32,000 nt of DNA. Source: Candidatus Saganbacteria bacterium (GTDB lineage: Bacteria > Margulisbacteria > WOR-1 > JAKLHX01). Position 1 is the first letter of the stretch. The number at the start of each line of letters is the position of its first letter. Both the position numbers and the translations under genes were made by a program. The stretch is taken from the NCBI GenBank assembly GCA_026387835.1, contig JAPLKZ010000007.1, positions 5,284 to 37,283 on the forward strand, in the 5' to 3' direction. Positions 7,987 through 16,641 of this stretch are shown in pieces. Under the pieces are notes generated by a model. It did not search any database. It had not been told where the DNA came from and saw only the letters and a list, made by a program, of their open reading frames with translations.

Positions 7987-10161
7987 ATGTCAACAAGACA
8001 ACCTTTGAGCGTTGCGTTCGTCTGGCATATGCACCAGCCCTTTTACAAAGACCTGGTGACGCACGAATATTTCCTTCCCTGGGTCAGGCTCCACGCGATA
8101 AAAGATTATTACGACATGGTCGCGTACTTGGATAGATATCCCAAAATAAGATCTGTGTTCAATATTGTCCCTTCTCTCTTCACGCAGATAGAGGATTATG
8201 TGAACGGCACGGCGAAAGACAAGTTCATGATCATGTCCCTGAAGCATCCCGAAGAACTCAGTCACGAAGAAAAGATCTTCATCCTCAAGAATTTTTTCAT
8301 GGCCAACTGGGACACGATGATAAAACCGTACCCGAGATATAATGACCTTCTGCTTAAAAGGGGCCGCTTCGTGACGCTGCACGATATAAGCCAGGTGGCG
8401 GCGCGTTTTTCAAGCCAGGAGCTTCTTGACCTCCAGGTCTGGTTCAACCTGGCCTGGTTCGGCGCGGTCTACAAGCAGAACAATCCCGCGATAAAGGGAC
8501 TTCTTGAAAAAGGGAAGAACTATAACGAGGATGACAAGAAAATACTTTTTGAAAAACAGATCGAGATAATGAGACTGATCCTCCCGAAATACAAACAGCT
8601 GCAGGAGTCGGGGCAGATAGAAGTGACCGTGACCCCTTTCTGCCACCCGATACTGCCTTTGCTCTGCAACGGCTCGGTCGCCAGGGTATCGGACCCGGGG
8701 ATCACACTCCCTAAATACAATTTTTCTTATCCCGAGGACGCAAAAAGGCAGGTGAAGGACGCGGTCGCGTATTATAAAAAGAATTTCGGGGCGGACCCCG
8801 AAGGGATGTGGCCTTCCGAAGGCTCGGTGTCGGAAGACATAATCCCGATAATCGCGGGCGAGGGGATAAAATGGATCGCGACCGACGAGGAAATATTGAG
8901 CAGCACTTTAAAAAAGAAATTATCCGCGGCGGAACTTTTCACTCCTTATATCGTCGAAAAGGACGGCTCTCAACTGACGATAATATTCCGCGACCACAGG
9001 ATATCCGACGACCTCGGATTTGTCTATGCCAAATGGGCCCCGAGGGACGCGGCCGCGGATATCGTCGGAAAATTACACAAGATAGCGGATGTTCTGCCCG
9101 ATGACGGCAGGAATTACCTCGTGAGCATCATCCTGGACGGTGAGAACGCCTGGGAATACTACCAGAACAACGGCAAGGATTTCTTTGACAACTTGTATTC
9201 CATGCTTTCAAACGATCATAGATTGCAGACGGTAAGGGTGAAGGACTTCTTAAAAGAAAATCCGCCGTCAAGCAGGCTCCAAAATCTTTTCCCCGGGTCA
9301 TGGATCAATCATAACTTCAATATATGGATAGGCCACAGCGAGGACAATCTGGCCTGGGACCACCTGTACAAAGCAAGAGAAGCTCTTTGCAAAGCGGAGA
9401 ACGCTCCTCATATCGCGTGGGATGAGCTGGCAGTGGCGGAAGGATCCGACTGGAACTGGTGGTACGGCAACGATCACAGCAGCGATAATGATGAAGACTT
9501 CGATATTCTTTTCAGAAAACATCTGATCAATATTTACCGTCTGATCGGGCAGGAGCATCCAAAACAGCTTGAGTCGCCGATAAAACAGATGAAGGTCGTA
9601 AAACCGACGAGAGAGCCGGTCTACCTGATCGAGCCGATAATCGACGGAGAGGTGTCGAATTATTATGAATGGCTGTCTGCCGGGCTGTACAGCGTGGACC
9701 AGTTCAGGGGCGCGATGCACCAGATCGAAACAGTAATAAGAAATATATATTATGGTTTCAGTACAGACACTCTGTATATCAGGATCGACACGGCGATAGA
9801 GTTGAATTGCACAGAAAATCCTGAACTGAAGTCAGTGTCGTTTGAAGTGAACATATCAAAGCCTAAACAATATAAAATAGAACTGTCATGCGACGAAAAA
9901 TGCGAAAAAAGAGTCGCGGTCTTCAAGCTGGGCCAATCAGGACAGTTCGAAAAGAAGAGCGGAATAAGCACGTTTGCCGTGAAAAAGATCATCGAGATCG
10001 GCGTGCCGTTCTCCGTTCTGGAGATCAGGCAGGGGGACGAGGTCCAGCTGAACGTTTCAGTGAAAAAAGACTGCAGGGAGCTTGAAAGCTGGCCAAAGGG
10101 CGGGATAATAAACTTCAAGGCGCCTGACGAGGATTATTTAGCATCGAGCTGGTTCGTATAG
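7987..10161 (+). CDS. glycoside hydrolase family 57 protein (amylase/glucanotransferase-like)
   Basis: N-terminal VAFVWHMHQPFYKD, GH57-type FWPSEGSVSE-like segment MWPSEGSVSEDIIPIIAGEGIKWIATDEE, ILDGENAWEYY. Confidence 0.88.
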   Translation: MSTRQPLSVAFVWHMHQPFYKDLVTHEYFLPWVRLHAIKDYYDMVAYLDRYPKIRSVFNIVPSLFTQIEDYVNGTAKDKFMIMSLKHPEELSHEEKIFILKNFFMANWDTMIKPYPRYNDLLLKRGRFVTLHDISQVAARFSSQELLDLQVWFNLAWFGAVYKQNNPAIKGLLEKGKNYNEDDKKILFEKQIEIMRLILPKYKQLQESGQIEVTVTPFCHPILPLLCNGSVARVSDPGITLPKYNFSYPEDAKRQVKDAVAYYKKNFGADPEGMWPSEGSVSEDIIPIIAGEGIKWIATDEEILSSTLKKKLSAAELFTPYIVEKDGSQLTIIFRDHRISDDLGFVYAKWAPRDAAADIVGKLHKIADVLPDDGRNYLVSIILDGENAWEYYQNNGKDFFDNLYSMLSNDHRLQTVRVKDFLKENPPSSRLQNLFPGSWINHNFNIWIGHSEDNLAWDHLYKAREALCKAENAPHIAWDELAVAEGSDWNWWYGNDHSSDNDEDFDILFRKHLINIYRLIGQEHPKQLESPIKQMKVVKPTREPVYLIEPIIDGEVSNYYEWLSAGLYSVDQFRGAMHQIETVIRNIYYGFSTDTLYIRIDTAIELNCTENPELKSVSFEVNISKPKQYKIELSCDEKCEKRVAVFKLGQSGQFEKKSGISTFAVKKIIEIGVPFSVLEIRQGDEVQLNVSVKKDCRELESWPKGGIINFKAPDEDYLASSWFV

Positions 10162-10171
10162 AGGAAAATAA

Positions 10172-12328
10172 ATGAAAAAAATAAACTTTCTGTTCGCGGT
10201 CCACTGCCACCAGCCCGTGGGGAATTTCGAGGGCGTGATAGAGGACGCTTATCAAAAGTCATATCTGCCGTTTATCAATGTCCTTGAGAAATTCCCGTCC
10301 ATCAGGATAACGGTCCACTACACGGGCGTGCTGCTTTCCTGGTTCAGAAAAAAACACCCGGAGTTCCTGAAAAGATTGAACGCGCTGGCAAAAAAAGGGC
10401 GTATAGAGATATTGACGGGCGGATATTACGAGCCGATCCTTTCGGTCATTCCCGAACGGGACAGGACGAGCCAGATCCGGAAACAGACGGCGTTCACGAA
10501 AGAACATCTGGGATATGATCCGAAGGGAGCCTGGCTTGCCGAGCGTATCTGGGAGCCCGGTCTCGTAAAAAGCCTGAGCGACGCGGGGGTAAAGTTCACG
10601 GCGCTCGATGATTACCATTTTATAAGCGCGGGGCTCGAAGAGAACGAGCTGAAAGGTTATTTTGTCACCGAAGACCAGGGATGCACTTTGGACGTGTTCC
10701 CTATAAGTAAAAAACTCCGGTACCTGATGCCGTTCAAGCTGCCGCATGAGACCATCGATCATTTAAGGGAGATCGCGACGGAAAGCGGCGACCTTGCCGC
10801 GGTGATCGCGGATGACGGCGAGAAATTCGGGGTATGGCCCGGGACGCATAAATGGGTCTATGAAGAGCGCTGGCTCGAATTGTTCTTCGGTCTTCTGGAG
10901 CAGGAGAGCGGCTGGATAAAAACGATGACGTTCTCCGAGTACAGGGAAAAATATCCCGCGAAAGGGCGTATCTATATTCCCACGGCTTCGTATTTCGAGA
11001 TGATGGGATGGTCCCTTTTTCTGAACGCGGGGAAGAAGTTCGACAAGATAGAGAACGAGATAAAAGCTTCCGGCAATTACGACAGGTACCAGCAGTTCTT
11101 TAAAGGCGGTTTCTGGAGGAATTTCTTCGTGAAATACCCGGAAAGCAACAACATGCACAAGAAAATGCTGCTGGTGTCAAGAAAGACCGAGAATGCAGCG
11201 AAGAATTTATCGATCGATACGGAAAAGATCCGCGATGAACTGATGCAGGGGCAATGCAACTGCGCCTACTGGCACGGAGTTTTCGGCGGTCTCTACTTAA
11301 ATTACCTGAGGCACGCGGTGTATGAACATCTGATAAAAGCGGAGAACCTGGCGGACGATATCATCCACCAGGGCGGAAAATGGCTGGAAGCGGAGATCGA
11401 GGATTTTGACAAGGACGGGGAAGACGAGATACTGGTCAGCACGCAGCTGATGAATTTATATTTTGACCCCGACAAGGGCGGCACCCTCATTGAACTTGAT
11501 TACAGGCCCAAATGTTTCAACCTGCTCAACACTTTTTCAAGAAGGGAAGAAGTCTACCATAAAGAGATCTTAAAACCGGAACTTCACCAGCTGACCCTCA
11601 CCGGCACGGCCGGCGGCGCGGCGAGCATTCATGACGCGGTCAGAGTAAAAGAGATCGGCCTTCAGGACCACCTGAACTATGACTGGTACAGGAGAGCCTG
11701 TTTTATCGAGCATTTTCTTGCGGAAGACACGACGCTTGAAAACTTTTCAAAAAGCAGGTACAGGGAGCTCGGAGATTTTGTCGACCAGCCTTATGTCGGA
11801 GAGGTCTCTTACGGCAGGAACGAGGTCTCGGTCATCCTGACAAGGGACGGACACGTCAAAAAGAACGGTGACAGGATACCCGTCAGGGTGTCAAAGACAT
11901 TCCTTATAACTTCCGAAAATACGGATATGGAAGTGAAATGGGAGATAAAGAACCTGAGCGACAAGCCCGTCGACCTGTGGTTCGGCGTGGAATATAACTT
12001 CTCGCTTTTAGCGGGCAACGCGCCGGACAGATACTACCTGATAGACGGCAAAAAACCGGACGATCCAAAGCTCGCGAGTTATGGACAGACTTCTGATATA
12101 TACGAAGTCAATTTGATTGACAAATGGAGCGGAATAAGTATAATTATAGATGCGGGAAAACGGTCTGACCTCTGGAGATTTCCTATCGAGACGGTCTCTC
12201 AATCCGAAGGAGGATTCGAGAGGACGTATCAGGGGTCTTGTCTATTGTCCCATTTGAAGATGAACTTGCCCGCTAACAGCTCTCAGGAATATTCGGTCAA
12301 ATTTAAGATAAAGGAAGGAGCTCGGTAA
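10172..12328 (+). CDS. GH57 4-alpha-glucanotransferase/alpha-amylase with C-terminal DUF1925/DUF1926-type domains
   Basis: INFLFAVHCHQPVGNFEGVIEDAYQKSYLPFI, GAWLAERIWEPGLVKSL, DDGEKFGVWPGTHKWVYEERW, C-terminal HFLAEDTTLENF region. Confidence 0.88.
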   Translation: MKKINFLFAVHCHQPVGNFEGVIEDAYQKSYLPFINVLEKFPSIRITVHYTGVLLSWFRKKHPEFLKRLNALAKKGRIEILTGGYYEPILSVIPERDRTSQIRKQTAFTKEHLGYDPKGAWLAERIWEPGLVKSLSDAGVKFTALDDYHFISAGLEENELKGYFVTEDQGCTLDVFPISKKLRYLMPFKLPHETIDHLREIATESGDLAAVIADDGEKFGVWPGTHKWVYEERWLELFFGLLEQESGWIKTMTFSEYREKYPAKGRIYIPTASYFEMMGWSLFLNAGKKFDKIENEIKASGNYDRYQQFFKGGFWRNFFVKYPESNNMHKKMLLVSRKTENAAKNLSIDTEKIRDELMQGQCNCAYWHGVFGGLYLNYLRHAVYEHLIKAENLADDIIHQGGKWLEAEIEDFDKDGEDEILVSTQLMNLYFDPDKGGTLIELDYRPKCFNLLNTFSRREEVYHKEILKPELHQLTLTGTAGGAASIHDAVRVKEIGLQDHLNYDWYRRACFIEHFLAEDTTLENFSKSRYRELGDFVDQPYVGEVSYGRNEVSVILTRDGHVKKNGDRIPVRVSKTFLITSENTDMEVKWEIKNLSDKPVDLWFGVEYNFSLLAGNAPDRYYLIDGKKPDDPKLASYGQTSDIYEVNLIDKWSGISIIIDAGKRSDLWRFPIETVSQSEGGFERTYQGSCLLSHLKMNLPANSSQEYSVKFKIKEGAR

Positions 12329-13362
12329 TGCCTGAACTCAGGAAAGACCCTATTTCGGACAGATGGGTGGTGATATCGACGGAAAGAGGCAGAAGACCGT
12401 CGGATTTCAAGGCCGGCGAGGAGAAAAGCGGCAAGGAAGAGGCCAAGACCTGCCCGTTCTGCGAGGGGAACGAAACCAAGACCCCGAAAGAAATAATCGC
12501 TTACAGAAAACCGGGGACCGCGGCCGACACTCCGGGCTGGCTTGTGCGCGTGATGCCGAATAAATTCCCGGCGCTCGTGATAGAGGGAGAGGTCAACAGG
12601 ACCGGCATAGGGATATTTGACATGATGAGCGGCATCGGCGCGCACGAAGTCATAGTTGAAACACCCAGGCATAATGAGTCCATCCCTGACATGGATGATC
12701 CGCAGGTGGAAAAGGTCCTTTGGGCTTATAAAGAGAGGATAAGGGACCTTGAAAGGGATAAAAGGTTCAGGTATGTGCTCGTGTTCAAGAATTACGGGGA
12801 GGCGGCGGGCGCGTCGCTTTCACACTCGCACTCCCAGCTGATCGCCACTCCGATAACCCCAAGGTACATAAAAATGGAGCTTACCAACTCGCGGCAGTAT
12901 TTTGTGGAGAAAGAGCGCTGCATCTTCTGCGACCTGATAAGACAGGAGCTTTCTTACGGGGAGAGGATAGTCGCTGAGAACGAGAATTTTGTGGTCTTCA
13001 CGCCGTTCGCCTCGAGGTTCCCTTTCGAGGTCTGGCTGCTCCCGAGGAAGCATTATTACGGGTTCACGGAGATGAACGAGGAAGAGACAAAGCAGTGCGC
13101 CAGGATGCTGAAGGATATCCTCACACGGCTGAAAAAATGCCTTTATGACCCGCCGTATAACTATGTCGTCCACACCGCCCCGAATGTCCTTACAAGACCG
13201 GGAAGGCCCGATTACTGGGGTACGATACAATATGATTTTCACTGGCATATAGAGATAATCCCGAGGCTTACAAAAGTCGCGGGATTCGAATGGGGATCAG
13301 GGCTGTACATAAATCCGACGCCGCCGGAAGAAGCGGCAAAATATCTCAGGGAGATCATGTAA
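12328..13362 (+). CDS. GalT-family hexose-1-phosphate nucleotidylyltransferase (galactose-1-phosphate uridylyltransferase or ADP-glucose phosphorylase-like)
   Basis: MPELRKDPISDRWVVISTERGRRPSDF, zinc cysteines CPFCEGNE, active-site region FKNYGEAAGASLSHSHSQLIATP, YDFHWHIEIIPR. Confidence 0.88.
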   Translation: MPELRKDPISDRWVVISTERGRRPSDFKAGEEKSGKEEAKTCPFCEGNETKTPKEIIAYRKPGTAADTPGWLVRVMPNKFPALVIEGEVNRTGIGIFDMMSGIGAHEVIVETPRHNESIPDMDDPQVEKVLWAYKERIRDLERDKRFRYVLVFKNYGEAAGASLSHSHSQLIATPITPRYIKMELTNSRQYFVEKERCIFCDLIRQELSYGERIVAENENFVVFTPFASRFPFEVWLLPRKHYYGFTEMNEEETKQCARMLKDILTRLKKCLYDPPYNYVVHTAPNVLTRPGRPDYWGTIQYDFHWHIEIIPRLTKVAGFEWGSGLYINPTPPEEAAKYLREIM

Positions 13363-13377
13363 AAGGAGGCGGTCAAA

Positions 13378-14397
13378 ATGGCAGAGAGTTCTAAACCGAA
13401 AAGAACCAGAGCAAAATCAGCCGCGCCGAAAAAAATGGCAGCCCCGAAAGCGGAAGGCATAAAAAAACCGCGGCAGAGGAAGACACAAAAAAAAGTCTCC
13501 CCGGTTGTTCAACAGACCGAAAAATCAGTCCAGAATATCCCGCAGGAAAAATCAAGGGTAGAAGAAAGCAAGTATTACGCGGGTCCGGTCATACAAAAAT
13601 TTTTCGAGGATAAAGGATATGAACTCCCGGCGGGCTACGGAGACGCGCGCATAACGCTGATGGTCCGCGATCCTTACTGGATCCACGCTTACTGGGAGCT
13701 GGCAGACTGGAAACTTGAGGAGTTGAAGTCCATGATGGGACATGATAATTTCTCAAGGTCAAAAAAGATGCTGCGCGTATATGATGTCACAGATATTAAG
13801 TTTACAGGGGTCAACGCGAACAAATCATATGATATAGATGTTTCTCACGACGCGAGGAACTGGTACATAAATCCCGGCGACCCCAACAGAAGCTACTGTG
13901 TAGATATCGGCTTCCTCGACCCGCACGGAAAGTTCTTTGTAGCCGCGCGCTCGAATGTCGTCTCGACCCCCAGGGACAGCATGTCCGATGTCATAGACGA
14001 GGAATGGCTGACAATAGACTGGGAAAGGATGTACGCGCTTTCGGGAGGGTTCGGCATAGGAAAATCATCAGGCGAGATAAAAGAGCTCCTGAAAAAAAGA
14101 TTAAGGGAAGAGATGTCCTCGGGTTTTATGGGATGGAGCGGTTCGATCACGGCAAGGCCGGAGAAGGCAAAAGATTTCTGGCTGGTCGCAAATACCGAGC
14201 TGATCGTTTACGGCGCGACAGAACCTGACGCAAAGGTCTCCATTCAGGGTCTGCCCGTAAAACTGCGGCATGACGGGACGTTCTCCATGAGGTTCGCACT
14301 TCCCGACGGCAGGCAGGAGATACCGATAGAGGCCATCAGCAGGGACGGAAACCTGAAGAGGTCAATACACAAGACAGTGGAAAAACGGACCAAGTGA
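13378..14397 (+). CDS. DUF4912 domain-containing protein with Lys/Ala/Pro-rich N-terminus
   Basis: Basic N-terminus KPKRTRAKSAAPKKMAAPKAEG, then LPAGYGDARITLMVRDPYWIHAYWELAD, a DUF4912-type motif. Confidence 0.82.
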   Translation: MAESSKPKRTRAKSAAPKKMAAPKAEGIKKPRQRKTQKKVSPVVQQTEKSVQNIPQEKSRVEESKYYAGPVIQKFFEDKGYELPAGYGDARITLMVRDPYWIHAYWELADWKLEELKSMMGHDNFSRSKKMLRVYDVTDIKFTGVNANKSYDIDVSHDARNWYINPGDPNRSYCVDIGFLDPHGKFFVAARSNVVSTPRDSMSDVIDEEWLTIDWERMYALSGGFGIGKSSGEIKELLKKRLREEMSSGFMGWSGSITARPEKAKDFWLVANTELIVYGATEPDAKVSIQGLPVKLRHDGTFSMRFALPDGRQEIPIEAISRDGNLKRSIHKTVEKRTK

Positions 14398-15980
14398 TGG
14401 AAAAGGGCTATCTTTCACTTGTCCTTCATGCCCACCTTCCGTATGTCAGGCATCCGGAGTTCCATGATTTTATGGAAGAGGACTGGTTTTACGAGGCTAT
14501 CACCGAGACTTACATCCCGCTTATAAACGTATTTGAGGGCCTGATAAAGGACAATGTCCCGTTCAAGATCACTGTTTCTTTTTCTCCCACTCTTCTTGCC
14601 ATGTTCCGCGATCCTCTTCTGCAGGAACGCTACATCGAGCATATCAACAAGCTGATAGAGCTTTCATATAAAGAAATAGAGCGGACGAGGTTCGAGCCGC
14701 AGTTCAACAATCTCGCGCACATGTACAAGGATAAATTCGAAAATGCCAGACACGTGTTCTGCGACAAATACCGGAGGGACCTGACGAAGGCGTTTAAATG
14801 GTTCAACGAAACGGGCAGCGTCGAAGTGATCACCTGCGGTGCGACGCACGGTTTCCTCCCCCTGATGGAAACAGCCCCGGAAGCGGCAAGAGCGCAGGTA
14901 AAGATCGCGGCCTCTTATTTCAGGGAAGTTTTCGGCAGAAGCCCTCTCGGCATATGGTTCCCGGAATGCGGATATAATCCGGGGCACGACAAGTTTTTGA
15001 ACGAAGAGAACATCAGATACTTTTTTGTGGACACACACGGAGTGCTCCACGCCTCTCCCAGGCCCAAGTACGGAGTATTCGCGCCAATATATACAAAAAA
15101 CGGCGTCGCGGCTTTCGGGCGTGATGTCGAATCATCCAAGGCTGTCTGGAGCGCTAAAGAAGGGTACCCGGGAGACTGTAATTACCGTGATTTCTACCGC
15201 GACGTGGGATTTGACCTGGACTTCGATTATATAAAACCGTATATTCATTCTGACGGGTTAAGGATAAACACCGGGATCAAATATTATAAAATAACCGGCC
15301 CCACGGACCACAAGGAACCTTACAACAGGCACTGGGCTCTTGAAAAGGCAGCCGACCACGCGGGCAACTTTTTGTTCAACAGGCAGAAACAGGCAGAGTT
15401 CCTCTGCGATTACATGGAGAAAAAACCGATCATAATATCGCCTTATGACGCGGAACTGTACGGCCACTGGTGGTTCGAAGGGCCTGATTGGCTCAACTTT
15501 TTGATAAGGAAGATAGCGTATGATCAGGACATCATAAGGCTGACGACCCCTGCTCAGTATCTTGAGGAGAATCCGAGGAACCAGGTCTCAACTCCTTCCA
15601 TGAGCAGCTGGGGGTGGAAAGGGTATTCGGAATACTGGCTTGAAGGGAGCAACGACTGGATTTACAGGTACCTGCACAAAGCCGCGGAGAGGATGACGGA
15701 GATCGCAAATCAAAATAAAGGCGCTTACGGTCAGATGGAACGGGCACTAAAACAAGCGGCAAGAGAATTGATCCTTGCGCAGGCAAGCGACTGGGCATTC
15801 ATCATGAAGGCCGGGACCGTTGTTGAGTACGCAGTTAAAAGGACAAAAGACCATATCGAACGGTTCACAAAGCTTTACGAGATGATCAAAGCAAATAATA
15901 TCGATGAAGGTTATCTTTCAGATATAGAATCAAAGGATAATCTATTTCCGAATATTGATTTTAGGGTTTACTGCTCTTAA
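14394..15980 (+). CDS. GH57/DUF1957 1,4-alpha-glucan branching enzyme-like protein
   Basis: GYLSLVLHAHLPYVRHPEFHDFMEEDWFYEAITETYIPLI, IWFPECGYNPG, YDAELYGHWWFEGPDWL. Start may be 14397 (MEKGYL). Confidence 0.9.
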   Translation: MMEKGYLSLVLHAHLPYVRHPEFHDFMEEDWFYEAITETYIPLINVFEGLIKDNVPFKITVSFSPTLLAMFRDPLLQERYIEHINKLIELSYKEIERTRFEPQFNNLAHMYKDKFENARHVFCDKYRRDLTKAFKWFNETGSVEVITCGATHGFLPLMETAPEAARAQVKIAASYFREVFGRSPLGIWFPECGYNPGHDKFLNEENIRYFFVDTHGVLHASPRPKYGVFAPIYTKNGVAAFGRDVESSKAVWSAKEGYPGDCNYRDFYRDVGFDLDFDYIKPYIHSDGLRINTGIKYYKITGPTDHKEPYNRHWALEKAADHAGNFLFNRQKQAEFLCDYMEKKPIIISPYDAELYGHWWFEGPDWLNFLIRKIAYDQDIIRLTTPAQYLEENPRNQVSTPSMSSWGWKGYSEYWLEGSNDWIYRYLHKAAERMTEIANQNKGAYGQMERALKQAARELILAQASDWAFIMKAGTVVEYAVKRTKDHIERFTKLYEMIKANNIDEGYLSDIESKDNLFPNIDFRVYCS

Positions 15981-16000
15981 TTAATCTCCGATTCTATTTT

Positions 16001-16534
16001 CTATAAGAAGCCAATCTTCCCCTTAGGTTTAATTTCTTCCTTCATCAACTGCCTTATCGCGTTGAATATGGCTATGATATCCTCGTCGTGCTTCTCGATC
16101 TTGCGCTCGAGTTCGTTCAGCTTGTGAACAAGTTCTTTATTATTTGATACCATCTGCCGGAGCTTTACAAAGGCGCGCATTATGGCGATGTTGACGAGGA
16201 TGGCGCGGTCGCTCCTTAATACAGATGACAACATCAATATCCCGTGTTCAGTAAAAGCTCTCGGAAGCTTTCTGATCCCTCCCCAACTTGATATTCCAAA
16301 ATGGAATATCAAGTTATCATATTCCTCTTTATTCAGCCTGAACATAAAGTCTCCCGGGAAACGATCTAAATTTCTTGAGACCGCTTTGTTTAGGTTAAAT
16401 GTTGTTATGTCATATAAGATAGCCAAGTCCTTATCGAACATGACTTTTTGTCCTCTGACCAAAAAGATCTTATTTTCTATGATCTCAATCGGGATCAATG
16501 CCTTACTGTCGGATTTTTCGACATTCTTTTCCAT
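16001..16534 (-). CDS. ORF6N domain-containing DNA-binding protein
   Basis: IENKIFLVRGQKVMFDKDLAILYDITTFNLNKAVSRNLDRFPGDFMFRLNKEEYDNL...SSWGGIRKLPRAFTEHGILMLSSVLRSDRAILVNIAIMRAFVKLR. Start set at the internal Met MEKNVEKS. Confidence 0.9.
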   Translation of the reverse strand: MEKNVEKSDSKALIPIEIIENKIFLVRGQKVMFDKDLAILYDITTFNLNKAVSRNLDRFPGDFMFRLNKEEYDNLIFHFGISSWGGIRKLPRAFTEHGILMLSSVLRSDRAILVNIAIMRAFVKLRQMVSNNKELVHKLNELERKIEKHDEDIIAIFNAIRQLMKEEIKPKGKIGFL

Positions 16535-16641
16535 AAAACAACATCCTTTGTTCGTTATTTCAGTTTTATATGCACAAATGAGCAATTTGGATGCCACCTC
16601 CCCCTTGACCCCTAACTCCTAACCCTATACCCTATATATAT

